Source: Meyerozyma guilliermondii (lineage: Eukaryota). Taken from it: a stretch of DNA of 64,000 bases. Position numbers and translations under genes: made by a program. Below are positions 19,695-31,217 of the stretch, piece by piece; within the stretch, counting starts at the first letter, position 1, and each line of letters begins with the position of its first letter. The notes under the pieces were generated by a model, which was not told where the DNA came from, did no database searches, and saw only the letters and a list, made by a program, of their open reading frames with translations. The stretch lies in NCBI GenBank assembly GCA_051546255.1, contig CP128818.1, positions 310,001 through 374,000 of the forward strand, in the 5' to 3' direction.

Positions 19695-22690
19695 CAACTC
19701 AGAGCCTAGAAAGTGAGAGTGAGGTATGTGCACCGAACTTGATCAGTCGCTTAGATAACAAAAATCTTAATCAGTAAAGGACAAGAAGAACAAAATGATG
19801 ATAAGTCTACTTCAGATTAAAGGATGAAGATTGAATTCCTCTAGACTAATTAAATTCAAACTCAATCTAGACACCTTCAAAAACAAGTTAACCCTTGAGC
19901 CTATGTATTCCCCAGCTTTGAGTGTATATATCGGCTCATCTGATGATAGAACTTTAATATCTTGAATTCATCAGATTTTCAGATCACCAGTATCTTTGGT
20001 CTTTTCTATATCAAGTGACAATCGCTTATCAGTTGGAAGAAGATGAAAATTTCTAGCTGCAGACTCTGTCCATGTTGGACCTTCTCTGATACAATGAAAC
20101 CTTTCAAGCCCACACTTATGGAATCAGATACGATGCTAAGGGATTCTTGAAACAATCAAGTACACTCAGACTTTCACAATGATCAGAAAATGTCCGGATG
20201 AGATCTGGGAGTACTTGTTTCAATCTCGAGGCGTCGTCGTTCCCAACATTCTGGGTGACGCCTGGAGCAGATAACTATGAAAGGGTGCATTCTAAGCTTG
20301 TTAACTACAAGTTTTGCGGTTGTATCTTCTACCACTGCCTGCGAAAATTACAACATTTTAGCTGCTTGTCTTGCAGAACAGGCTAACAAAGACAACACTT
20401 TGAGCTTGATAATTCATTGTTTATCGAAAGACAAGATCAGAACTCGATTGACATTATAACCAGACTGTTTGTTATGAATCTGCACTAGAGATCGAATAGA
20501 TTGATCATATGGTATTGGCAAAGTTCGTATAGCGACAGGACATGGATGACAATTTCGACTGTTATATCCAATTCTGAGAGCAATAGCACTGACGCCAAAT
20601 GACCTGTTGAATAAGTAAAAATTGCGGCGGCAGTCGGCCTTAGCAGCCGGTGTCATAAACCAGATTTAGTCTCAACTGGCAGATTAAGCCAAACAAGGTA
20701 TTTTGAATGCCACATCACAACTGTAAATCTGCCAAAAACAGAGTTCAATGGGCAGTAATGGTGGCTTTCTACCACGGCTTTTACAAAAATATGGGTGTTT
20801 GAACCAGAGCACCTCGCAAGTCATCGGATATCATGTCTGCTATAAGTTCATAAGATGCTTCAAATGAAACAGAGAAGCTCAGCTGAAACAAAGACACCTA
20901 CAAAGGAATCTGAATACCAAATATGGAATTCACATCTCATTGCTTTGGCTCATCTGATGAGAGTCAAGATCTATATTAGGTCTTTAGCAGTTGGACCTTC
21001 CTATCACAGCTTTTACGAACTATCAAACAGTACTTGATTGTGTCAGATTCAGGATTTAACAGTGCAGTACTATTATCTCCGCTAGACGACGGTCATTAGA
21101 AAGCCATTGTTCGCAATTAAGGTTGTGGGTTTAGCAAGTGAGGAGATCAACTGAATCAATTCGAGTTGTGTGGTATCGTACTGTCATAGAGGATGAGTAG
21201 CCGTCGAATTGAGTACTAATCAGCCAGATTTTCAGAGGAATCAAAAGTTAATGGTGACTTGAAAGCAGAAAGTGGTATTGCTTGAGCAGTAGTTGATGCT
21301 TGGATGTCCAAGTAAGAAGAAGATTCGATTTAAAGAAAAGCGGTCTACATTGGATTTGAGAGTCAAGCGGACCTATTTGAATTGTCTGCTCATTGAACGC
21401 TACCGGTTCAATAAGTACAATGTCGAAACAACTTTCTACAAACCTAAAGAAGCAGCAGCGATGTGCAGGAATGATGGACTGACACACCCGATCAGGATAC
21501 TTTATCCTGTTATCTCTGGTAGGAGACGAATGGAACAGTCATGAATCCATTTTGAAAGCCATTGTTTGCGATTAGGGAGGTTATTAAAGAAGAGGAGCAG
21601 AAAGCAGCGTGGTTTAATAACCTTTTTTTTATGCGAAATGTTTAGTTGTGGTACTGTTCAACTCAAGCATCATGAGCAGGATTAACGTCATTTCGGTTAT
21701 TCATTCGTCTTCTGATCGACAAATGGACTCAGTACTAGACCGACTTCATACTGGAAAATGCTGAAACCAATAAGATCTGTTAGGCTTGAGAACCGGGAAC
21801 CGAAGTGTCTACTGATTGGCTCCCACCTCTCAAAAATGATACTCATTTAGTACTGAAAAGCGATTTTGTGAACAGTCAATTTGGTTCAATTTGAGTTAAC
21901 TGATGCAATTCAGCGCATCGAAAGGTACACATTCCCTGTCATAACCAGCCTTCAATACTTCATCACTTCATTACTTCATCACCAATCTTCCATACCTTGA
22001 TTAAGTTCACAGCTGAACATTCAGTTATCTCGATTAACGGTATGAAGAACAGTTTCTATCGAAATTGATCCCAAATTGAAGCCCCAAGAGACTAACCACT
22101 AGAACCAGCTGCAACCATGTTCACGTGCCCGACTGTGAATGGGTGGTTTGATGTCCGTGCAGTCCGGAGTTTTCTGAGGAAGCCCGGGGATGCGGGGTGC
22201 CAAGCGGTGGTGTCACTTGTGCGCGTGGGAACATACGAAATATTACCGCCAAGAGGCGAGGGAAGGCGAAAAGCGAAAAGTAGGAAAGGTAAATGAACAG
22301 AAAGGAAAAGTAAAAGGAAAAATCAAAATCCGAACTAGATTCGAAACCAAAAGCAAAGCTTTCGCTTTTGCTTTCGTTCCTTATCTTGCTTTGCTCCAAT
22401 CTAAAGTCCACCTCGTCGTCTCTCGGTTTCACGCATCCTCAACTCCGAATCCTAACTCCACAGACTCATGTGGGGTGTCCTGCACACCGACCTCATCGAC
22501 CCCGCTGCGACTCGGACTTACGTTGTGGGCCCATCGGCGTTATTTAAACAGAGCCGACCCCACAATTTGCATATTTATACCGGGTTCTATCATCAAATAC
22601 CCCAGGTTCATCGCAACTATTTATTGCCAGCGCTGGTAGCTTACAACTAAACCTTTTAATCGTCTTCGGAAAACTTTGCACTACTCCGCC

Positions 22691-23503
22691 ATGGCAACTC
22701 AAGACTTGGAAAACCAGGAACCAAAACCCCACACTCTTATGGTGGATGATGGTTCCGACAAAGACAATACAAACCACCACAACATTACCAAGTTTCGTTC
22801 GGAGGGTGACTACATCCACTTTGGAAATGAAAAGTACTTGCGTTCTGAATTAAACGAAGCGTTTGGTGGTACCTTGAACCCCGGTTTATCGCCTCCTCCA
22901 AAACACAACTTTGCCAACCCAGCACCTCTTGGGTTGTCTGCGTTCGCTTTGACTACGTTTGTGTTGAGTTTGATCAATACTGGTGCCAGAGGTGTCACTA
23001 TTCCTAACATTGTTGTTGGTTTGGCATTCTTTTATGGTGGTGCTGCTCAATTAGTGGCAGGAATGTTTGAGATTGCTGTTGGAAACACTTTTGGTGGTGT
23101 CGCTTTGTCGTCTTATGGTGGTTTCTGGGGCTCGTATGCTGCCATTCTTACCCCCAGTTTTGGAATTACCGCAGCGTACGCTGGTGCCGAAGAAGAACTT
23201 CGATTCGCTTTGGGAATTTTTCTCATTGGCTGGTTCATCTTTACGTTTTTCTTGATGCTCGTGACATTGAAGTCGACGGTAGCTTTCTTCCTGGTGTTCT
23301 TTTTCTTGTCAATTACGTTCCTTCTTTTGGCAATTGCCGAGTTTAAGAACTCCACCGGCGTGAAAACTGCCGCTGGTGTCTTTGGAATTCTCACGGCTTT
23401 TGCAGCTTGGTACAATGCCTACGCCGGTATTGCCAATTCCCAGAACACCTACATCACCGTTAAGGCAATTGCGCTTCCCGATCTTCAGGATAAGTCGAGA
23501 TAA
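22691..23503 (+). CDS. Gpr1/Fun34/YaaH (ATO/ADY2) acetate/ammonia transporter
   Basis: EAFGGTLNPG, NPAPLGL and SYGGFW signature motifs; six hydrophobic segments; ATG at 22691. Confidence 0.95.
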   Translation: MATQDLENQEPKPHTLMVDDGSDKDNTNHHNITKFRSEGDYIHFGNEKYLRSELNEAFGGTLNPGLSPPPKHNFANPAPLGLSAFALTTFVLSLINTGARGVTIPNIVVGLAFFYGGAAQLVAGMFEIAVGNTFGGVALSSYGGFWGSYAAILTPSFGITAAYAGAEEELRFALGIFLIGWFIFTFFLMLVTLKSTVAFFLVFFFLSITFLLLAIAEFKNSTGVKTAAGVFGILTAFAAWYNAYAGIANSQNTYITVKAIALPDLQDKSR

Positions 23504-23746
23504 TAGTGACTGAATAGTGACTGGCTTCGCTATATATGTCTAGTATGTAATGCGATAATCTGCAAAAGTATTTCTAGTTCTTTAATCAACTCTATCTACT
23601 CAGCGGTATCTACTTAAACTTATCTAGCTCCAAGGTATGGCTCATACTCTATTTCTTAGCATCGTTTTCTTAACTTCCTCCTCGCTCTTCGCACTTGATG
23701 CTCTTCGCGCTCTCACGCTCATCGCACCAAGCTCATCGCATCTATC

Positions 23747-25222
23747 ATGAGAGCCAAATTTTTGGTGCTCCACCCCTCGGCGGATATCGACAAAGTTGTC
23801 GAAAAAGCAAACTTACAGGGCACAAAGAATGGTGCTTTTGACGCAGTCTTGCTTTTGGGAGATGTGGTATCCACTCCAAAAACAAAAATAGATCAGCCAA
23901 CTTACTTCACTAAAGGTCCTTCAGACTCCTTCAAAGACAAATTGAGTACTCCATCCGACACCTCCATAGACATAAAGCCCAACTTGACCCTAGTCCAGCC
24001 TCCGTTTTCAGTTTTGACTCTTTCTAGTGGAGTAAAAATTGGGTACCTTTCCGGACAAGATTTCGATGCTGAAAAGGTCACTGAAAAATTGGATTCAATA
24101 ACAGGAACAATTGACGTTTTGGTGTCGTACAAGTGGCCCAAGGCAATCGCAGCGCGTGAGAAGCTCATTTTGGTCGCAGACTCCAATATTGATAAAGTTG
24201 TGAGTCGTTTAAGACCTCGGTACCATTTTGCGATTGGCTCACCAACCTCGAAATTTTTCGAATTGGCTCCATTTAAATGGGAAGACAATACTACAACCCG
24301 ATTTATTAGCTTGGGTCAAGAAGGGACTGGGGAAAAGTGGTTTTATGCTTTTGGAATCGATCCACAAATGCCTGTGGCTGTTCCTGATTCTCACCTTATT
24401 GCTAATCCATTTACAACTTTACCGCCTCAATTGCATGAGGAACGCAAAAGACAATTGGAAACCATTGATGGAGGTTCTTCAAAACGAGCGAAGGCAGTTG
24501 GTCCCGAATCCTGTTTCTTTTGTCTTTCCAATCCTAATGTCGAAAAACATATGATTGTCTCGATCGGTAAATCCGCATATCTCACCACCGCCAAAGGGCC
24601 ACTTCCCAAGCCTACCAAAGACATACCCTTTCCATGCCATGCTATCATTATACCCATAGACCACGTTTCCACCCTTCGTTCACCAAAAACAAATGTGGTG
24701 GAAGATGCAACCTACTTGGAAATGAATCGGTTCCGGCTGTCTGTGGTTGATGCATTGGCTGAAAAATACCCACTGTATGTGCTTATATCTTTTGAGATTA
24801 ACAGAGCAGATAACGTTCACCTGCATGTCCAACTTTTGCCCATCCATTCGTCACTTTTGGAAACTTTCGAAGCAGAACTTGAATCCAAAACTGCTCTCAA
24901 TAATGAAAAATTTCAACGAAACCAAAATCTCAAATTTGACAAATATACTTCTGATTCCGACCCACAGCTCTTGGATACTATCAACAACTATGACCACATT
25001 GTTTTCCATGTCTTTTCTTCGCCAAAAACCATATACGCTGCTAGATTGACCGACCCAACCAAAATGGTTGATTTGCAATTTCCACGCCGAGTGTTGGCGG
25101 CTACATTAAAGTGCCCAAAAAGAGCCCGTTGGGACAAGTGCAAGCAGAACAAGATCCAAGAAACCGCTGATTGCGAGGATTATAAGAGTTTTTTTGAGAC
25201 CCATGATTTTACAAGAGATTAG
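23747..25222 (+). CDS. DRN1: CWF19-like debranching-associated protein Drn1
   Basis: Pseudo-metallophosphatase N-terminus (LRPRYHFA, TRFISLG, KWFYAF), CFFCLSNP, YLTTAKGPL, LQFPRRVLA. Confidence 0.88.
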   Translation: MRAKFLVLHPSADIDKVVEKANLQGTKNGAFDAVLLLGDVVSTPKTKIDQPTYFTKGPSDSFKDKLSTPSDTSIDIKPNLTLVQPPFSVLTLSSGVKIGYLSGQDFDAEKVTEKLDSITGTIDVLVSYKWPKAIAAREKLILVADSNIDKVVSRLRPRYHFAIGSPTSKFFELAPFKWEDNTTTRFISLGQEGTGEKWFYAFGIDPQMPVAVPDSHLIANPFTTLPPQLHEERKRQLETIDGGSSKRAKAVGPESCFFCLSNPNVEKHMIVSIGKSAYLTTAKGPLPKPTKDIPFPCHAIIIPIDHVSTLRSPKTNVVEDATYLEMNRFRLSVVDALAEKYPLYVLISFEINRADNVHLHVQLLPIHSSLLETFEAELESKTALNNEKFQRNQNLKFDKYTSDSDPQLLDTINNYDHIVFHVFSSPKTIYAARLTDPTKMVDLQFPRRVLAATLKCPKRARWDKCKQNKIQETADCEDYKSFFETHDFTRD

Positions 25223-25512
25223 CGAACTAACTGAAATTCACAAAAAAGCCTGATAATTATTTCTGTAAGGAGCACTGAAGGCATTGCTGAGATGCGATGA
25301 TGGTATTGGTAACTACAAGGCGATTGCACAAAACATTCAAGAGTTGAGAATTTATAATGCTACTGAGATAAGTTTTGAGTTTTGGTCATCTTTACAAAAG
25401 TACCAAGTCCTGGCTTTGAGTCCTACTTCCTACTCAATGTTGACTCTCTCTAGTCTGACTTTGTGACTGAATCATGTATAATAGACTTAATGCTTCTAAG
25501 GTGTATCTGCTT

Positions 25513-26529
25513 CTATATTCTCATTTCACACTTTTTGCACCCACATTCAAAAAACCATTCTTTAAGATCTTTTTGTCGGGTATGGTAATCCTCCGTAGTG
25601 TGGTTCCCGTACTGAATACATAGCTCCTCGCCTTGTAAAACTGGATGCGAAGTAACGAAAGAAATCAGGCGGCCGTGACGAGTTCGTGAAACATTGGCTG
25701 AACATGAATGGTTGAAAAATGATGCGGATGGGTACAATGCACACCCAAAGTACTCTTTATCCTCGCCAGGAACGGTGGAGGACCATATTCCAAACGCATT
25801 GGTGAGACTGGTACCTATGATTCTTCTGATATTGTCAATAGTTATAAATGGCTGAAGCTGAGGTCCACAGGTTAGTTTGAGGTACTTGTACATTCGAGTG
25901 TAAGACTTCAAAAGATATGGGTATTTTGCAACCTTGTCTTGCTCATTTGTTTGTAATTTCACAAAAAGCGAAAGCTCGAGCTCATTCGTACCTTTGTACT
26001 GGGAGAACATCACATCAAGAATGTAGATGATATCGCTATATTCTGTTTCAGTGAGTTTGGGAACCATGTGTGATTTTCTCTTTGTTTTCAAAATTTCTTG
26101 TTCCCATGCTTCTATCTCGCTCCACGCTTCCTCAAGACTTTTTTTCTCGTCGTCGTAGTTATCTTCACAAGAATTGGATCGGTACCAGTGTTCCAAATCA
26201 AAGAGACAAGATCGCAAAATGCTCTCATTATCCTCTTCCTCAAACGAAGCGCGACACGTCTCGGAGCAAAAATAGATACTGCCCTTCTTGTTCTCTATGC
26301 GAAACTTCAATGTCTTTCCGCCGTTGTATTCGTAGCATCTTTGACACACTTCTTTGCGGAACGGTCTTATCACACATGCACCCAAAGGAGCCGCGCACTC
26401 GAGTAAAATGGTTCCAGACGGTATATCCGAGGTGGCTATGCACCCTCTGCCATAGGCAGTAGCAGAAATCTCAAAAAACGGCGAAAGCAGCACACTCAGA
26501 TCAGAATGGGGCATCGTGGTTCCATGCAT
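25513..26529 (-). CDS. SET6: SET/MYND domain protein, Set6-like
   Basis: GRGCIA, RKEVCQRC...FCSETC, NAFGIW, ASFFNHSC, ELCIQYG, WFFECGCKKC. Confidence 0.8.
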   Translation of the reverse strand: MHGTTMPHSDLSVLLSPFFEISATAYGRGCIATSDIPSGTILLECAAPLGACVIRPFRKEVCQRCYEYNGGKTLKFRIENKKGSIYFCSETCRASFEEEDNESILRSCLFDLEHWYRSNSCEDNYDDEKKSLEEAWSEIEAWEQEILKTKRKSHMVPKLTETEYSDIIYILDVMFSQYKGTNELELSLFVKLQTNEQDKVAKYPYLLKSYTRMYKYLKLTCGPQLQPFITIDNIRRIIGTSLTNAFGIWSSTVPGEDKEYFGCALYPSASFFNHSCSANVSRTRHGRLISFVTSHPVLQGEELCIQYGNHTTEDYHTRQKDLKEWFFECGCKKCEMRI

Positions 26530-26620
26530 ATGCACCTAGTTTGACAGGATGCGAGATGAGATGAACAAACGGGAAGCTTACATAATTGGCTGCGAATTTC
26601 TTAATATAATCATTACATTA

Positions 26621-28366
26621 CTAGAAAAGCCATCCGATGAACTTGTTGTAGTACCATTCCTTGTCGTGGGGGTTTCCTTGTGCCTCTCTGAGAGCTTCCT
26701 TTTCAGCAGCGTCTGCGGCAAACTTTTCTTCTTCAGCATCAATGACGTCTTTAAAAGTTTCCAAATCGACATCGCTCGATCTGATTATCGAAGTTTTCTT
26801 AATGAGTTTGTAGGCAAGACCCATGATCACAAACACAGGCAACACGATGTAGCCAGTTATGAACGACTTGTAGGTGAAAGTGCTACCCAAGAACACGGTA
26901 AAGTTTTTCACAAAGATCACAATCACGCAAACCACCAATGCAAAATATGAACCAAAAGGTTGGAATGGAGATCTGTAAGCCAAATCCCGCTTTCTATCGA
27001 TTCCTTGCTTCTTGCACGCTCTCATGAATTTTATGTGGATCACGAGGATACATGCCCAGGCAATTAAACCGGTCAAACTGACGACATTGACAAAGTACTG
27101 GAACACCTCGGCGGCTCCACTGGACACTGTCATGTATGCCAACAAGCAAAAGAGGAAACTTAAGCCCACTCCGTAGTAAGGAACACCCATTCTGTTAGTT
27201 TTGGAGAAGAATTTGGGCGCGTAACCTGAAACTGCCAACCCATAAATGGTTCTGGAGCAAATATACATATCAGAATTTGCAGCCGATAAAACAAAAAGTA
27301 AGATACAAGCGTTGATAACGTGGTCCAATCCATGTATCTCTGAATTCTTGATGGCAATGACAAAAGGAGAAGCACTGGCGTCGCTTCCAGATGCAGACAA
27401 AAGAAGTGGATCTTTAGGCGAAACGCACATTCCCAAAAAGAAAATGGAAAGCACATAGAAAACCACAATACGATAAAATGTCAATTTAATGGCTTTTGGA
27501 ATGGCTCTTCTGGGACGAGCACACTCGGCAAACGTGATACCACACAATTCTGTACCCAAGAAAGCGAAAACTGCTGTGACCAAGACAGAAACAAAAGCCA
27601 CAAAACGGCCCTTTGAGCCGGGAATAAACAAATCCTTGGAAGCATCAGCGTAGTGTAAAAATGCTCCTGGGTTCTTCCAGTACCTAAAGCCAATTCTGTC
27701 GTGGGTAGGACCGCCTCCAAGAGCAATCACCCACAAGAGTAAAATCAATCCCAAGCAAGTGATGACTTTCAAGGTTGATAACCAAAACTCGATTTCTCCG
27801 AAAAATCTCACACCTAACACATTCACACCCACGATAATCAACAAGAAGATCGTGATCCAAACCCCCGGATTCAATCTCTCTTTGCTGACCCAATATTGTA
27901 CCGTAAGTGAACCAGCCACCAACTGGTTAGCCGGCAAGATCAAGTACTTGAAAAGATAGACATAGCCACAAGCAAAACCCAAAGCTGGGTCCACGTACCG
28001 GTTACAGTAACCCGCAAAACCATTGGCAAGAGGAACAAACGTTGCTACCTCTCCCAACCCACACATAACCATATATACCACGAAACCGATCACCGAGTAG
28101 GCCACCAAAATAGCACCGGGACCGGCCGTTTTCAAAGCGGAACCGGTTCCAATCAACAACCCTGTACCCAAGGCACCTCCAATAGCGATCATAGTAACAT
28201 GTCTTGCATCTAAACGTTTTTTCAATGCATGACCTTCTTCGTATGCGAGATTTGTTGATGGGTTCGACCGTGCTACATAAAGATTGTAATCCTCGGTATG
28301 TCTCGACAACATCGAGTGGACATCAGTCGACTGCCTCGAGAGGCCCTTCTCAAAATCTGTGGTCAT
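26621..28366 (-). CDS. DIP5: Amino acid permease (YAT family), Dip5-like
   Basis: ARHVTMIAIGGALGTGLLIGTG, GVRFFGEIEFWLS, AANSDMYICSRT; about 12 TM segments. Confidence 0.8.
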   Translation of the reverse strand: MTTDFEKGLSRQSTDVHSMLSRHTEDYNLYVARSNPSTNLAYEEGHALKKRLDARHVTMIAIGGALGTGLLIGTGSALKTAGPGAILVAYSVIGFVVYMVMCGLGEVATFVPLANGFAGYCNRYVDPALGFACGYVYLFKYLILPANQLVAGSLTVQYWVSKERLNPGVWITIFLLIIVGVNVLGVRFFGEIEFWLSTLKVITCLGLILLLWVIALGGGPTHDRIGFRYWKNPGAFLHYADASKDLFIPGSKGRFVAFVSVLVTAVFAFLGTELCGITFAECARPRRAIPKAIKLTFYRIVVFYVLSIFFLGMCVSPKDPLLLSASGSDASASPFVIAIKNSEIHGLDHVINACILLFVLSAANSDMYICSRTIYGLAVSGYAPKFFSKTNRMGVPYYGVGLSFLFCLLAYMTVSSGAAEVFQYFVNVVSLTGLIAWACILVIHIKFMRACKKQGIDRKRDLAYRSPFQPFGSYFALVVCVIVIFVKNFTVFLGSTFTYKSFITGYIVLPVFVIMGLAYKLIKKTSIIRSSDVDLETFKDVIDAEEEKFAADAAEKEALREAQGNPHDKEWYYNKFIGWLF

Positions 28367-29510
28367 GTTGTGAAAAAGAGTCGGAGTTCCCCAGAAAATA
28401 TAGTTTTCGCCGTTCCGATACGCACGGCGTTGCTGCTTTTTATGGCCCGATTAGGAACACCCCGGCGGTATCTGCAGGAAAGCGATGCTTTGACGATGAG
28501 ATGCTGAGTGATAAAACCAACAGCAATTGGCTAACAATAAACAGTCAAACGGTAGGGGTTGGTTGTACCGGTTTCTCCGTGCCTGATTGTGTGCAAAACC
28601 TGGCTTTTTTATACTCTTTGTTATCTCGCCAAGGCACTTTTCAAGATAAGACACATCAATGCCGTTCACTTATATGCACGGCGTGCTTATCTGCCGTCTG
28701 CCAAGACTTTTGCGGGGATGACATCTCGTCCGGGGCTCAGCTTTGAACCCCGACAATACACGTACGTGGAGCAAGATGAATCTTCAGTGTAGATAGAGGA
28801 ACTTTCACTTTTGTTGTTGAAAGGGCCGGCTCTCTTCTTATGTATAGAAGCCTGTCACCTGCACGTCAGCGCCGCACCGCGGGCGTTCTTGTACATATCA
28901 ACAATCTGCCCATACGTCGTCTAGAATCCCAGATAACTCGTTTAGGCTGACGTACGAGCGTTTTGTCTCCCCGCATACAAACGCTGCATACAAATGCTTG
29001 AAGTTTGGAAAGTTCCAGCTATGCATGCAGGGCATTAAGTGGAGGAGATAGTGGCTGCGAATTAACCTTTGTGCGTCGTAGACTTACGAGATAGTCGGAT
29101 TGCTAGACATCGAACTGAAGAGAAATGTATGGTTTGGTATCAATGAGACAGTAGTATACTAGAGGATACTAGAGGGTATCTATATGAAACGATTGGCTTG
29201 GTTGTATGTTATATATGACATTTGGTTCTATTAGATATCTGAGTAACTTTAGCTTTCAAGTTATATAAAAGACTTGTATTACCATTTTTGTCTATGATCT
29301 CTTTGACTTATGTTTAGAGACTTTCCTTGTCTAGATCTGTCTTGAATTTCTTAAACGTTCCATTTCTTAAGATGTTATATTTTCAAAGGCTTTGCTCATG
29401 ACTTCATCAATACTCAAGGTATGCTGAAAGTATGAAAACTTTATCCACCACTAACTTTCATCAACTCTGCTCATAAAAAGAGCTTCAACAAATTTTGTTC
29501 GTTCATCACT

Positions 29511-31217
29511 TCAGTTAAAGCAAAAGTCCGACACAGCATACCATATTCTCCATGCAAGTCCCGTCTTGCGAGGATGTTTCTGGTCTTCTTCAAGCTCCAA
29601 AAGCTCTTCTTCGTCAATTTCAGCCTTTCCAGTAGTTATATCTGCTTCGAGAGCCGTTCTTATGTGTGTCTTCTTCACGAACTTCCATCCAAAGTACAAC
29701 ACACACATGAATACTGGAGCAAAGTATGAGGTGAACAAGTTTGCAACGCTGAATTGTCCGGGGAAAAATATCCAGAACCCGTTAAAGAAAAGCACAACCA
29801 CATTGAAAAATACTCCGTAGTATGTCATCATAGGGTGAACAAACCGTGGAGCATGGAAGTACATTTCGTTCTTGTAGCTGATTCCTTGGGCTTCAATAGC
29901 CTTTCTAAACTTGAAGTAGCATGCCCAAAGCACCAAGTAAGCGCATAATAATCCGGTGGTAGCCAAGTTGACAAACCAGTTGAAAACTGTAGCTGTGGAT
30001 TTGGAAACACTCAAGAAAGCCAAGCAGCCCACAGCGACGGTGAGAAACACACAGTAAATGGGAGCTCCATTCTTCAAGCATTTGGAAAAAAACCGAGGAA
30101 GATAACCTGCCAAAGATGCACTATAGGTACATCTAATGGCACCGTAAGCAAACCCATTCCCACAAGACCAAGCAGCCGTCATAATAACGGCGTTCACCAT
30201 ATCGTCGAGCCCATGTACACCCACAGATTTGATACCAATAACCCAGGGAGAAGCAGCAGCACCGGCTTTACCAGCTGCGGAAGCAGCAACGAGGGTAGGA
30301 TTGTTGGAAGCACAGAGGGTATTCATGAAGAAAATACCACCAAAGTAGAACAAATAGATCCGGATATACGCTCTTCTTCCTGCCAAGGGGATCACTTTTC
30401 GTGGATGAGTAACTTCACCGGCAATCATAGCCAAAAGATCTGGACCTCCACAGGCAAAAGCTGCGTAGATAAGAACATTCCACAACCCAAGAAACTTGCC
30501 TGTAGAGCCGCCTACCAAGTACGGTTTCATAAGACCACCCTCCTTCCAATGCTGGAAGCCATAAGCGTCTTTTTGAGGGTTTCCTCCGCACATGGAAATT
30601 AAACCAAAAAACATCAACCCAACGATCAAAAGCACCTTGAGCATTGACGAAACAAACTCAACTTCTCCGTACCAATTGACACCGAACACGTTGAAAAATG
30701 CAAACAAAACAAGCGAAACAATAATGAAAACCGCAGGACTGACATCGGTCCAGTAGCTGGCCACGGAAGCCACCGCCGTAGCTTCAAGGCACACAAACAT
30801 CAACGATGTGTAAATGTAGATAATACTACAAGCAAACCCAAGCGCTGGGTCCACCCATCTGGCGGCAAAATGAATAAAAGTTCCTTTAATTGGCAAATAA
30901 GAACACATTTCTGCCACACATTGCATCAATGGCCAGATGCACAAACAAGACCACCATAAAAATCCAAGAAGAAGCGAAAGTGACCCGGAAGTTTGTAAGG
31001 GGGTAGCCAATCCTATGAATAATCCAGTACCTATGGATTGGCCAATGATCATCAACGCTACATGTCTGGACGAAAGTCGTCTTTCTGTCTGGCCATATTT
31101 TTCAATATCGAGTTTATCATTAAAATCTGAAAATCCAGTGGTGACCACCTGACTGGTATGGGGCTCACACTTTTCTACGTCCACGACGTCCACGACGTAG
31201 TCTCCTTTTTTGAGCAT
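29511..31217 (-). CDS. Amino acid permease (YAT family), Agp2/Put4-like
   Basis: SRHVALMIIGQSIGTGLFIG, YGEVEF, GGPDLLAMIAGE; about 12 TM segments. Confidence 0.85.
   Translation of the reverse strand: MLKKGDYVVDVVDVEKCEPHTSQVVTTGFSDFNDKLDIEKYGQTERRLSSRHVALMIIGQSIGTGLFIGLATPLQTSGSLSLLLGFLWWSCLCIWPLMQCVAEMCSYLPIKGTFIHFAARWVDPALGFACSIIYIYTSLMFVCLEATAVASVASYWTDVSPAVFIIVSLVLFAFFNVFGVNWYGEVEFVSSMLKVLLIVGLMFFGLISMCGGNPQKDAYGFQHWKEGGLMKPYLVGGSTGKFLGLWNVLIYAAFACGGPDLLAMIAGEVTHPRKVIPLAGRRAYIRIYLFYFGGIFFMNTLCASNNPTLVAASAAGKAGAAASPWVIGIKSVGVHGLDDMVNAVIMTAAWSCGNGFAYGAIRCTYSASLAGYLPRFFSKCLKNGAPIYCVFLTVAVGCLAFLSVSKSTATVFNWFVNLATTGLLCAYLVLWACYFKFRKAIEAQGISYKNEMYFHAPRFVHPMMTYYGVFFNVVVLFFNGFWIFFPGQFSVANLFTSYFAPVFMCVLYFGWKFVKKTHIRTALEADITTGKAEIDEEELLELEEDQKHPRKTGLAWRIWYAVSDFCFN

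Noticed and set aside
19691..19700. B-box-like GGTTCAACTC suggesting a tRNA
   Set aside because: No A box or cloverleaf could be built.
19796..19946. Possible C/D snoRNA (ATGATGA...CTGA)
   Set aside because: No terminal stem and no recognisable rRNA-complementary guide next to the D box.
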